This document shows, in pieces, positions 12,720-24,383 of a DNA stretch of 51,462 bases. Origin of the DNA: Sporopachydermia quercuum (taxonomy: Eukaryota); the NCBI GenBank assembly GCA_001599295.1, contig BCGN01000006.1:1364001-1415462 (forward strand). The letters are read 5' to 3'. Each line of letters opens with the position of its first letter. The first letter of the stretch is position 1. The position numbers and the translations under genes are program-made. The notes under the pieces are model-generated. The model was not told where the DNA came from. It ran no database searches and saw only the letters and a program-made list of their open reading frames with translations.

Positions 12720-13500
12720 TAGATAGACAACACTGTAACAACTTTTCAAGATGGAATGGATCTTTTAATTAATGTATAAATGTTTATATACATTGTATTA
12801 TTTGTATTATAAAAAATGATTTAGCATATGGTATATTATGTATTGGATTTATCACAAGGATAAACTATTAAATATGATCATGTTTCGACTCTTACTATGA
12901 TTTTCCCAACATATGACATAAGAGTATACTGGCATAACCATGAGGTGACGGGTTTAATTGATAATACAATAGGAGATGTATAAACAGCAATTGTTCTTCA
13001 AATTCAAAAAAAGAAGCATGTGTTAAGGAAGCCTACCTTGCTCTTTGGTCACCTAGGTAATTTCAGTTACTATTATAATATTATGATGTTAGTATATAAA
13101 AATTCATGAATTGACCGTTAAATACTTGTATGTTAGTTCATTCTTGGAGATAAATAATTTTAGAGTACCCACAAAACTTGAAAGATCCAAAAAATAGNCA
13201 GCTATTATTCCAAGAGAATTACCTCTTAGAACCTACCAGGCATCATTACCGCCGGGCAACTCTGCTGAAAGAAGACAGACTTTTCCATCAACAAAAAGTC
13301 TATACTATGATTTGTCTTCAGTAANTGGAATTGGTGTTTAAAGCATACGGAGTGTTATGTAACTCAGCAGATCTCCTTATTTAAAAGATTCAAACCGGTA
13401 GGTTGAGGATATTATATTCGAATTAAGAGACTTTATATGCTAAGGTGTTTGCAGTGATCTGAGAAATGTGAGTGAACCTATCCTTGATTCATGACAGTTC

Positions 13501-13532
13501 GTTTGTCTCCACGTTAGTTTGTCTCCACGTTA
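13501..13532. repeat. Tandem 16-bp duplication (GTTTGTCTCCACGTTA x2)
   Basis: Read directly in the CEG1-STO1 intergenic region. Confidence 0.85.
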
Positions 13533-14230
13533 CAATAGAAATGTCATAAGATCCACAGGTGATTTTCCTTGCACTTAATAGGATGGACCGTCTGGAGAAA
13601 GCTTTTACTATGAAGTATTTCTCTCATTCGCCTTTCATTCAGTGGCGAGTCAGAGCAATTTTGAAAAAAAATCTCTCTATTGGGTCTCACTAATTCCAAG
13701 TACACTCACAACACATGAAGCTGTCATAATAATCATATCATACCCTTCAATTGAATTATGAAAACAATTCTATAGCTTAAAAGAGAATTTATAATGGCTC
13801 AATGGATATGTACTTTTCAAATAACTTCGTTACAATAATAGTTTTCTCTGTTCTTCTTCATTCCTACATAGGATATTTTCACTTTAACCTCGAAACCTTT
13901 AAAAATAATTAAGCTATTATGTAATCATAAATCTAATTAAGACTTCAGCTCCTCCTCCCATTTTGAGACAAATGAAAAATAATTCAATGGTCACCCTACT
14001 GTCAATTGTGACGGGTCAAAATGGCAGGTAATTTGTTTCCTATTAATGGATGATCCGAATCGAATGTGAACCATACATAATCTTTCATTATAACCTAACA
14101 GAAACATCTCATCAATTGATCAAACTTTACAACTTAAGGGAGTTTGAATAGAACCGTGGACAATCCAATTGGCCCTCAAACGGTGATTAATTTAACTAGA
14201 TTACCCGAATTTGCCTCAGGTAGTATCACA

Positions 14231-17200
14231 ATGTCTGATTTTCAATCGGGATCCAAAAGAAGAAGAAGAGGTAAGTCGCCAGATGGAATACGATGGCATC
14301 AATTAGCAATGACGCTGGAGGAATTCCAAAGGGTCATAACAGAATTTAAAGTAACTAACAATGTATTCAGATAGTGATGAAGGTGACTATAAACGTCCTC
14401 GGTTACCGCAGATAGTGGAAATAACCAAACGGTTGAGCAAAGATATCTGCGAGATTGGCGAGAGAGCCAATTTGAACCAAGTGATTGATTCAATTGAAGA
14501 TGCAAGCAAACCGCTTGCTATTGAACTTGAAAACGAGGCAGGATTTCGACATAAAATTCTTCATTCAATTTTTGCAGTTGTATGTGAACAACCACATAAA
14601 ATTCATTATCTTGCAGCATTAGTTTTTGTTGCTCATGCAAGGAACCCTGTTGTTGGTAAGTACGTGATTGAGTTTCTTCACTCTCGACTTCAGGAGTTGC
14701 TGGATGCTGAAATAGCCACAATTTCGACAGAAAAGAATGTAAATGAAGAGTTAAGGGATAGTTTAAAAGGTACAGGGTTAAGCAATGGAGTACCAGACGA
14801 GCCAGGTATTTGGAACAGGATAAAAGCAACGCTCAGATTTTTTTCAGTATTAAGGCCTCTTATACAAGAGAAATGCTTGAGCAATATTTATCGACAATTA
14901 TTTGAGTTGGCACTTAATCTTCAAGAATTACCCTATTTTGCAAACGAGCGCTGTGCTTTAGCTGAACTACTCTTCTATTCACTTGTTGTGGATCTGCCAT
15001 ATTTGGTAGTAGGAGCCAATGGTTCGGAAGCAGCAGCCAAAGTAGAAGCAAATGAACTCTGGGAACTTGCTAGGAAGTTTCGGTTAGAAGACAGTAAAGG
15101 AGCCGAATTACTACAAAGTTTTCCGGGATCGGAAGACGAAGTTCCATATAAGAACGAGAGTATACTCTCATTAGCATTCAACGCTGTTGAGCGATTCGTC
15201 AATAATGAATGGGAAGGCTTGGAGTTTATTCCTACGTACAATGAAGAATTAAAGCCCATTATTACCGAAATTCTATCCCGAAATGAGTCGGAATGTCAAC
15301 CAGAAGAAGCAGGAATATTGTTTGGCCTTAAAACAGTCCATTTACCCATTTTTGCTCTTCCTTCAGCAGAATCGCTTGTAGAATACGCAACATTAACCCG
15401 CGCCACAGGCAGTGCCGACAGTTTATGGAAAACGCCCAGGTTCAATTTCCGGGTTTATCTCCCTCTTGAAATTGAAACTGTTCCTGCCCCACAGACTTAT
15501 GAATCAGTGATATTTCATGATGTATGTGTAGACATAATAGTTTCTCTNGAATTCAACCGGAAAGAAGCTGCAAGACAATTAATGACACTTGATTTGTTCT
15601 TTTCACCTGGAGTTTTCGCAGCTCCAGGTATTTCCATTGACAAGCTAAAGGAACTTGTTACTCGATCAGAAGAAGCAGAAATGAATTTAGATCCTGAGGA
15701 TGGTGACGAAAACTCCAGCTTATCGAACAGACCTAAAAGAAAGGTCCCCACATGGAAAATTGAAGATTTGGCCGTTGAATCTGTATTAGGATTACTATTT
15801 AATCTACCTCATCAGGCACATCCTCCTGTGTATTATATTGCATTATTGATCGAATGCTGCGAAAAGGCATCACAAGCCATTGCGCCTGTGTTTGGCCGAG
15901 CAATCAGATTTTTCTATGCTAATCTTCCAGCTATGGACTTTGAATCGTCGTATAGGTTTCTTGATTGGTTCTCACTGCAATTATGCAACTTTGGTTTTAC
16001 CTGGAAATGGAAAGAATGGGTTGATGAGTTAGACGAATTACTTAATGAGGACAATGATTTGCCTGAATGGGAAAAAGTGAATAACAAGTTCAATCCAAAA
16101 GCAGTATTTGCCCGAGAATTAATTTGTAAGGAAATTGCTCTTAGTTCCGAGGATGAAATCCGAGTGTCTTTACAATTGGTGCCACAGTTGTTTAGCCTGT
16201 TGGATGTTTCATTACTTGATTCAGGATCAGTAGGGGCTTATGATGTTGAAGTTTATGGAATAAAAGCTTTCGAAGAAGCAAGAGTTGCGCAGGACAGTCT
16301 AGAAAACGATACTAAGTCTGAAAACGAGGTTGATGATACGCCTGAAAACGACTCTAAGAAAGAAACCCAGATCTTAAGCGTTAGAGCATTGTCAGCGTCA
16401 AGTATCCTCTCCGAAAAATCTACCGAGATTCTCCAATTATTCCAATCACAAGCAAACAAAGAAAAAATTCAGGAGACTCTTAAATCAGTTAAGTTGACTT
16501 GGGGTTCGACCGATGAACTCGCTGGCTTACAAATTAACAGAGTTATTCTTGATGTCTTCACTCAAATCATATGTTATTCTGGTAGTAGATCTTTATCACA
16601 TGTTGATCATCTAATCAATAAACACAGGGAGGTTCTATTGACATTAATCAAAGACTGTGAGGAGACGTCAGGTTCACAGTACATAATTTCTGCTGTATTG
16701 AGATTTTGGAATAATAAACCATTTGTTGGGGTTGCTATTGCTCAAATGTTGGTTAATTATGAGATTATCAGCATTGGGTCATTTGCCAAATGGTTGATTG
16801 ATCATGAGAATCATTTAGTAGTTTCAACGGGATATGGATATGATTATTTGTTAAGATGTCTAGATGATTTAGCTGAGAGTTCTTTTGAGCATGAAACCGT
16901 GATAGTAAAACCAAAAGCACAAGGAGAAGGTGAAGCTGATGGAGAAGGTGAAGGTGAAGTGGAGGTTGATGGAACAAATGGAACAAATGGAACAAACGGA
17001 ACAAACGGAACGAAGGGAACGAAGGGAAACTCTGAGAAAGCAGGCGTTGTCATGGCTGATATTGTTAAACAGCTTATTACTAAGTTGCAAGAAACAAAAA
17101 GATCATGGGATGTTTTACCTGTAGGTGAAAAAGATATTGTTAACTGGATCTCTTGGAGATATACTCGATTGATTAGGTCATTACTAAGAAGATATGCGCC

Positions 17201-17327
17201 GGTGTTCGATTCCGAAGAGTCAATTACTAGTTTAGATTCTTTTATGCAAGAAGAAATCCTTGAAGAAGGAGTGAGACTAATTATTCAAGAAGATTTGACT
17301 TTACTCAAAGGAATGAATAGTTATTGA
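14231..17327 (+). CDS. STO1: Nuclear cap-binding complex large subunit (Cbp80/Cbc1), 998 aa, 2 exons (14231-14270, 14371-17327)
   Basis: Exon 1 MSDFQSGSKRRRR, then a GTAAGT...AACTAAC...CAG intron. MIF4G-type motifs EQPHKIHYLAAL, EFNRKEAARQL, TWKIEDLAVE, AIAPVFGRAIRFFY, RFLDWFSLQLCNFGFTWKWKEW. Confidence 0.95.
16971..17024 (+). repeat. Coding 9-bp minisatellite x6 in STO1 (GTN x4, GTK x2)
   Basis: GGAACAAAT x2, GGAACAAAC x2, GGAACGAAG x2. Confidence 0.9.
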
Positions 17328-18001
17328 GAGTATTAAAAGGCTTTGAGAAGTTAGAGAATCAATAATAGCTACTGTAGATAACAGATGAAAAATGGTTGAT
17401 TGTATTATGTACTAATAATTAATAATAATTATAGAAATAAAAAGATGATATTGAGTCCAAGACTATTTGGAGTAGAACCAGTAGATGGATTTATGGAGTC
17501 CAAGTTTACGCTATGATCATTATATCTAGGCGATTCATTGTCTGACATCAAATAATTCATCATACGAACATAATGAATAGCTGAATCGTCAATGCAGTTC
17601 TTATTATTTGTTCTTATCTCTTGTTTTTTTTCTTTTGTCTTTAGATATATAGTTAACTTATTACTCGCTAAAAGGGATTTTCCGTGCTATTCACAATAAA
17701 ATGGCTCCGTTACTTACCTTCTGACTTAATTTGATGTTTGAGAGGAAAGCCTAAAGCGTCTCAGTAAGTCCAAACGCAAATTCGAAGCCTTTCCCAAAAT
17801 CATGGTGAATATTTCTTCCCAGAATTATCTGCATCTGCATAATTATATAGCTGAGCAGACACCAGCGCTTCTTATCGTAAAAGATGAGTCATTCAAATTT
17901 CCCAATACACGAATTCTGGCTAATTAACTAGAACTGTTTCTTAATACTTCTTTCCGTATTTCTGACATTTCCATTTTCCCATTTCCCATTTGTTTACCAA
18001 C

Positions 18002-20473
18002 CTAACCCCAAGTAGTATCCCAAGCACCATCTTCAAATGAAGCAATCAAATTAAATGCAGAATCTAAATTAAAGTCAACATCAAATATAACTTTTTCATT
18101 ATCAATATTGATAGTTAAATCCAAATCGTTAAATACTCCTTTCATTCTATCTCTATCCTTATCCAAATTTTGCCCATTATCATCTTTATTATTTCCATAT
18201 GCGCTTTCTTTACTGTTGTTTTCTTCAGCTACACTGCCCACTCTTTCTATAACAGCCTCACTTAGCTTCCTCATTATTCCACAGCAAATTTTGACGATTT
18301 TGCTGAACTCTTCGCTTTGCTGTAGTATATTTATGCAGGTGTTACATTTCTCTTGTATATCATCAACAGACGCCTTCCTAGCTAGAAATTCACATTTAAA
18401 TATCGAGTAGTTGTTCAATATAGAAGTAATAAATAACGTACTGATACTTAGGATTCTATATGTTAGTTTCTTTTGCTGGGCCAATTGATTAAAAATATCA
18501 ATGATTGTACCAGTTGAGTTATATAGGATGATGTAATCATCAACACTTGGTGTGCAAAACCAAACATTCGGTTTGTGGAGCAATGTAAGCGCTTGATAAT
18601 AAAGTAACGATAAATATAGCTCACAAAAATTTGAACGGTTGCTAATTTTGCTGTGAAATACCAAAGCTTCGTTGTTGATGGCGTCAAGTTTTTGTTTCAT
18701 CCGCTCTCTGCATTGTAGAATGAGAGATTTAAGTGATGAAGAATGAGATTGGGAAGAGGAAGAGGATAGGTTATTTGAGCTTGACGTAACTTTAGAAGTA
18801 GAATTAATTATGGAAGCCGTAGGTGATGTTGGAGAGGTTGTAGGAGAAATGAGATTATTAATATTTAATCTGGATCCAGCGTTTCTATCAAAGCGTATGT
18901 CAGATGTGTGATGGCTATAATTAGTACCTTGCAAAGATCCTCGATATTGAGAATAAGGCTGGGAATGAGTTGGTGGGTTTAATATTGATTCATCTAAAGT
19001 GCCTATCATTCCTGGATCAGTGGGTATGCCTTGCAGTGGCAAATCCGCGCTTGCATCTTGCTTCTCTTTCAACTCACCAACTATCTTCATTAACTCGGTG
19101 TCACTGACCGTATTAGAAAACAATAACTGCTTGATCTCAGAAACCACCCGACAGAACTTAATGTACAATAGAGAGTACTCCTTTGTGTACACTGTTATTT
19201 CTGCCAGCCGCAAGTTATATCCGTCAGGAATGTTGCCAACAAATGCTTTTGAAACTGTGAAGTAACGTGTGGATATTGAATTCTCATCAATTAAATGCGG
19301 TCTTCCTATACATAAACAGATATACCTATCAAGCAAGTAACTGGCCCAAAAGATCCTTCTTCTAACATCAATTTCCATCTGATCATCAGAAGCTGTGATT
19401 TTCTTCTCATCATAATATTTCAGCTTTATAACCATTGAACACAGAATACTTGTGATGTTCCATAGACCAGGGAAGCATGGTCTACATAATGCTATTTGAC
19501 CTAACAATATCAAACTTTGCAATTGATAAGTTAAATCCATTTTATTGAAAAACTTTCTGTTCATTTCTTCGGCAATGTTCAAATAATGATCACGTTTGGT
19601 ACCTAACAGTTTTCCATCGTGCGATTCTAAGTTACTGCATGTCAGCGCTAATACTAAGAATATAGAATAAAGCTCTTGGAAATCTTGTCGGCGATACTCA
19701 GTATCTATATTAGACGACCTTAATGTGTAAACATTGTGCAATCTGATGATGAATTCTTTATAGTCAAGTATGGGAAAGATTGGATATTCTAACTCAAAAT
19801 AGATATCAACCAGTTGAACAGCCTGAGATTTTTCAGGTAATTGACGAAGATAATATCCAAGGAATTCTATTGGGATCATTGAGTGATCTGTATTGTTTGT
19901 CTCATTGCTACTACTAGCATCATCTACTTCTGTTATTTCTTTTTCAAGAGACTTGTACACAGAAGCACCATAACTAGCTATGTTTTCTAATGAGTTGTCA
20001 ACATCTGCAGCATCTGCTATGGAACCGTCGCGATTACTGGCCCTTTCCATACTGGACGTCACTCTTTGCAGATACTGAAATTCTGATTCAACCTCACGAA
20101 GCAATTTTCTCGATGGATTCTTTTGTTTACGTGAAGAGGTTTTGACATTATTTAACGCTACATCATTCACGCAATCAACGGTATCAAACGCATTATCAAT
20201 CAGTTCTTCATGGTTTGAGGAGTCTGCTGTAGTGGGAATCAGCTTATACATATTCTCCAAAACTGTTTTCTGTTTGGTGATAATATCTCGTAATTCTGCA
20301 TTTTCATCTTCCAGCTGAATTACATAATCTCTAGGCAATTCACGGCCAAAAAGTATGTTATCTTGAAGACAGGAAGCATTAGTACTTTCACAGAGCGAAC
20401 ATCGTGGAAAGTTAGCATCGCATTTTCGTTTCCTTCTCTTGCATCTTGTGCAAGCAGCAATTCCTTTGTTCAT
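18002..20473 (-). CDS. Zn(II)2Cys6 transcription factor, Ppr1/UaY-like, with fungal TF middle-homology domain, 823 aa
   Basis: ACTRCKRRKRKCDANFPRCSLC...C followed by a Ppr1-type linker and coiled coil (GRELPRDYVIQLEDE). Also YPIFPILD and RRRIFWASYLLDRYICLCIGRP. Confidence 0.9.
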   Translation of the reverse strand: MNKGIAACTRCKRRKRKCDANFPRCSLCESTNASCLQDNILFGRELPRDYVIQLEDENAELRDIITKQKTVLENMYKLIPTTADSSNHEELIDNAFDTVDCVNDVALNNVKTSSRKQKNPSRKLLREVESEFQYLQRVTSSMERASNRDGSIADAADVDNSLENIASYGASVYKSLEKEITEVDDASSSNETNNTDHSMIPIEFLGYYLRQLPEKSQAVQLVDIYFELEYPIFPILDYKEFIIRLHNVYTLRSSNIDTEYRRQDFQELYSIFLVLALTCSNLESHDGKLLGTKRDHYLNIAEEMNRKFFNKMDLTYQLQSLILLGQIALCRPCFPGLWNITSILCSMVIKLKYYDEKKITASDDQMEIDVRRRIFWASYLLDRYICLCIGRPHLIDENSISTRYFTVSKAFVGNIPDGYNLRLAEITVYTKEYSLLYIKFCRVVSEIKQLLFSNTVSDTELMKIVGELKEKQDASADLPLQGIPTDPGMIGTLDESILNPPTHSQPYSQYRGSLQGTNYSHHTSDIRFDRNAGSRLNINNLISPTTSPTSPTASIINSTSKVTSSSNNLSSSSSQSHSSSLKSLILQCRERMKQKLDAINNEALVFHSKISNRSNFCELYLSLLYYQALTLLHKPNVWFCTPSVDDYIILYNSTGTIIDIFNQLAQQKKLTYRILSISTLFITSILNNYSIFKCEFLARKASVDDIQEKCNTCINILQQSEEFSKIVKICCGIMRKLSEAVIERVGSVAEENNSKESAYGNNKDDNGQNLDKDRDRMKGVFNDLDLTINIDNEKVIFDVDFNLDSAFNLIASFEDGAWDTTWG

Positions 20474-20936
20474 GATATAGTTAGTAAGAACAAATGAAGC
20501 CGCTTATCTTATGGTAGATTTGTCATAGGTAAACGTTAGATAATCACCCGTAAATCCTGGTATATCATAGTTGATCATAGTTCTTTCTTATATCATAACA
20601 GTATCAACCTTAATAATTTAGCGGTATCTTCCTTATTGGATAATTCAGTGCGCCAAATCAGAACTTGTTGCTACTATGATAGGTATTCGGTTCCTCTCTG
20701 TAGATGATGTGAAGCAACTTTATCAACTCAACAAACTATTGCTGCACTTTATGCATAGATGGGCGACATGTGCAATAGGCTTATCATAGCTTACTCAATT
20801 ACAATCGGATCATGATTGTTTACTGGTTGTCGAATGGTTAGCTATAAATCAATAACCAATTTGGAAGTATTTTGCTTAGTATCATCCTCAATCAGTGATT
20901 TCTACTGTCAATCATTTGTTATCAGAAAGACTACAG

Positions 20937-20950
20937 GCGGGAATTCCCGC
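20937..20950. promoter_or_regulatory. Perfect palindrome GCGG-GAATTC-CCGC (CGG-N6-CCG, Zn2Cys6 site) upstream of the TF gene
   Basis: 14-bp GC-rich palindrome in AT-rich intergenic DNA, about 465 bp upstream of the TF ATG. N6 spacing matches Ppr1/UaY. Confidence 0.6.
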
Positions 20951-21357
20951 GATCTTCGATAGATAACGTTAGACTGTTGTAAGGTGGGTCCTTCCTCTAA
21001 CAATCGTAGTAAGCTGACCCTGTAATCGGACAACCATTACAATCATTTAAATCGGAAAGCAATGGAGAAGGGTCTTAAGAGTATAAGGTTAACACAAAAT
21101 GAAATAATTCAAAGGGCTCTAACTATGAATAAGTTCAATCCAAATCTTAAATTAAAAATGATATGAGAAAAGATACCCAATCAACATCAACAATATGATA
21201 GGAAGAATGAAATATAATAATGCTAGTAACGATGTAGAATATCATTAGTGTCTACTATTGAAGGCTTATTGATCACATATTATCTATGAAAGTTCTATTG
21301 CTATTCTATTAAGTAAAAGAAGAAAGATTGTACAAGCATACATCAAATTAATGATGG

Positions 21358-22899
21358 TTATTTATGTAAATATTTCAATTCGAAGTATCGTAATACAGGA
21401 TAGGTAATACCAGAAAAACCAAAACTCAAAAAGACACCTAAATCACCACCATATTCTCCGATTTTCAAAGCAATTGGACCAATGTAGTAAACTTGACACA
21501 TTCCAACCACTGCTCCAGCAACTCCGCAACAGAACGCAAGAGTTGCTGCATATCCATCTGTTAATCCTTTCTTATCATTCCATGATGACCATTCATATTC
21601 ACGAGTTCTTCTAAAGATTAAGGTTTCCTCAACTAGAATTGTACAGAAAATCATAGTCCAATATCCAATCATTGGCAAAAAGTTGTTCAAGTAGTTTGAT
21701 AGTTCGTTTCTACCACCAAGACTACAGCCCAATGAAATTAGGAATCCAATAACTGTCACAAACCATCTTGGTACTTTTGAAAAGAATGAAGTTCCTGCTT
21801 GAACAGCTAATGGTACTGAATAGAAGTTAAGCACATTGTTTGATATCAACGAAAGGAATAAGATAACTAATATGAATTTTCCTCCTCCATTCCATCTAGA
21901 TAATGCTTGATTGAGCAAGCCGCCATTACCAGCATCTGCATAGGCATCTTGGAATNCGGTGTTATTAAGATAAGCAGAAGAAATACAACAAGCTAAAGCA
22001 CCCACGAAACAAGAAGGTAGACAAATACCAATAAATGTCAATCCAAATGTTTTAATTTTTGGTGTGTTTTCTGGGAAGTAAATATAATAATCACTAGCGA
22101 TTGCTGCCCAACCAGCATTAATACCAAATGCAACTCCAAAGAATGATAGCGCATTACCTGCAATTGTTACAGAGTCACCAGAAGAAGGAGTAGTGTTATC
22201 AAAATACTTTCCAGAGCAAATAAATGTCAATAAAAAGAATATTATTGTAGGTAAACACATAACTTTTTCATAGAAATGAACCAGTTTGATACCAACGATA
22301 GCGACAACAACAGAAACAATAGCAACAATGACAATTCCAACTTCTATAGGAACTTTACCGTTAGAGATTGATTTCAATACTTGTCCACCGAAAACCAAGT
22401 TAATAATACTAAAACCTTCAACTGATATGAAATTGAAGATACAAAGAATTTTAGATGGGAACCAGCCAAATGTAATTCTTGAACCTACCATTTGTCTCAA
22501 ACCAGACATTGGTCCATAAATTGAACAATAGGCAGCAACCAATGCACCAGCGACTGCACCAAACATACTCGACACTAATGAGTCTCGTAATGAAAGACCA
22601 AACAATGGTGACCCAAGGAAAAATCCTGAAGCAGAAGTAAGTGAACCAGCACCAGAGCACCAGAGATAAATCATATTTAATTTTGAAAAGTGTTCATCTC
22701 TTTCATTTGCTTCTACTCTTTCAATACCTCTTGCTTCAGCTCCAAGACTATCTAACTTATCTGAGATGACTTTGAAGTGCTTGAAAATTCCAACGGGAGC
22801 TTCCTTTTCCTCGACCGAGATGGAACCAATATCACTTTCCTCGTAGATCTTTGGTTGGGAATGTTTTTCTAATGATGATGACTCCATTGTATTTAACAT
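21358..22899 (-). CDS. NCS1 permease of the purine-cytosine/vitamin B6 (Fcy2/Tpn1) family, Tpn1-like, 513 aa
   Basis: GAEARGIERV, LWCSGAGSLTSASGFFLGSPLFGLSLRDS (closer to Tpn1 than Fcy2, from memory), GLRQMVGSR..FGW, ASDYY, GMCQVYYIGPIA, YPVLRYFE. About 12 hydrophobic segments. Confidence 0.9.
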   Translation of the reverse strand: MLNTMESSSLEKHSQPKIYEESDIGSISVEEKEAPVGIFKHFKVISDKLDSLGAEARGIERVEANERDEHFSKLNMIYLWCSGAGSLTSASGFFLGSPLFGLSLRDSLVSSMFGAVAGALVAAYCSIYGPMSGLRQMVGSRITFGWFPSKILCIFNFISVEGFSIINLVFGGQVLKSISNGKVPIEVGIVIVAIVSVVVAIVGIKLVHFYEKVMCLPTIIFFLLTFICSGKYFDNTTPSSGDSVTIAGNALSFFGVAFGINAGWAAIASDYYIYFPENTPKIKTFGLTFIGICLPSCFVGALACCISSAYLNNTXFQDAYADAGNGGLLNQALSRWNGGGKFILVILFLSLISNNVLNFYSVPLAVQAGTSFFSKVPRWFVTVIGFLISLGCSLGGRNELSNYLNNFLPMIGYWTMIFCTILVEETLIFRRTREYEWSSWNDKKGLTDGYAATLAFCCGVAGAVVGMCQVYYIGPIALKIGEYGGDLGVFLSFGFSGITYPVLRYFELKYLHK

Positions 22900-23273
22900 T
22901 TCGTTGAATTGTTAGAACGAACTGGAGAATAGAAGGACTAATACTAATTTGTTATGAAAGTATTATTGTATCTCTAATGTCATGTATATTATTCATATCA
23001 ACCTTTCAAAATCTAAGCGGCTTCGATGCAATATTTATATAACTTAACCTTTGCATAGTCAAATGCTGATTTAAGAAAGAACTGCTGATATCTTATGTTG
23101 TTCATTATATGTTCAACTGGAAACATTCATCCCCTATTCTTTTTATTGTAAACCTTTCGATATTTATATTTCTTTATCTGAAAAGAAGTAATAAAAAAAT
23201 TAATTAGTCAAAATATAGAAAGAAATGAACAAAGAGAGAAAAGTAAGAAAGAAGTAGACGCATTTAAGACGTT

Positions 23274-23306
23274 GATAAGAAGAAAGGCGGAATTTTCCAC
23301 CTTATC
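23274..23306. promoter_or_regulatory. GATAAG - GCGG-AATTTT-CCAC - CTTATC composite element upstream of the permease
   Basis: GATA sites at 23274-23279 and 23301-23306 flank a one-mismatch CGG-N6-CCG site at 23287-23300. Confidence 0.5.
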
Positions 23307-24120
23307 AGAATAAATCATTCCTTTAAATGGATACCTTGTGAAACTTACGAAGAGGAGATTTCCGTTCCTGTATATGTCAAATAAATGGCAATTTTTATGA
23401 AGATAAAATAGAAAAAATCATAAAGAATCGAACAATTTCAATTTAAACTTGATTATTATTATTATTGCTGATTTATTGGTCGGTTTGGTATCGTGTGAAT
23501 CTCATATAACCTGACTAACGGATAAGACTAGATTGATACTCCATTAATATGCCACATAGGTTTCCAGACATTCGAAAGTCTAAAGGGGGCCATGATTTTT
23601 GATCATTGCAACGTGACGACTTGAACAATAGGCTTATAATCTAGATGAGTAACTCGCCGTTTGTTAGCCTTGTTTATTTCTGTTACATATCTGTTCAAGC
23701 AAGCAATAATTATTTGAGTTTAACAATGGTCTACTCATCGCCTGGGAAGTAAGAAGGTCTTCATTTTTTTCAGCTATCAGTCACGTGCTGTAATTGAAGC
23801 TAGCTTAAGCGTAAGAAAAAAAGGTTTGTTCTAAATAGCTAAGACTCCGAAAGGGAAGAAAGTCTCGTTAGAGAATACGATGCAACAAGTGAATAGGAAA
23901 TAACTGATAAGAAGTGAAATTACAGCTCAAAAGAGAGAAGTTAAGAATTTTATGCATNTAAATTTTAGTTATTAGATCATTCATTTAAACGAGAATCAAA
24001 CTTTTGTATTTAATGAGTTTAGTGAGTCATTATCAATAGGAGGCTCGGGAGTAGTGTGATTTAAGCTTCAACGCTTTTCTCTAAGCTACCTGCCTGATAT
24101 GGAAAATAGTTTGAACCTTA

Positions 24121-24136
24121 AGCGGAACTTTCCGCT
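24121..24136. promoter_or_regulatory. Inverted repeat AGCGG-AACTTT-CCGCT (CGG-N6-CCG) upstream of the amidohydrolase
   Basis: About 250 bp upstream of ATG 24384 and about 90 bp upstream of TATATAAAA (24227-24235). Confidence 0.6.
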
Positions 24137-24383
24137 GAGGATATCCTCTGATTGTCGAAGCAGAAATATTTCTCATCTATCATTGGTTTGATAACGAAAT
24201 AGAACAATAAATAAAAGTTACCTAAATATATAAAAGGTCGTTAGCAGTATAGCGGCAATAGAATAACTATGGTTTGGTTTATGTTGCGGAGTTGTGGGTA
24301 TCATCTTGTTCTTTATCGATTATCATCATTACTCAAGTAAACCAGGTTCTTCAGATAGCTGAATAAACTGAAAACCTGCGATT

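Noticed and set aside
16501..16510. GGTTCGA T-loop-like motif suggesting a tRNA
   Set aside because: It lies inside the STO1 CDS and no cloverleaf can be formed. No tRNA was seen elsewhere.
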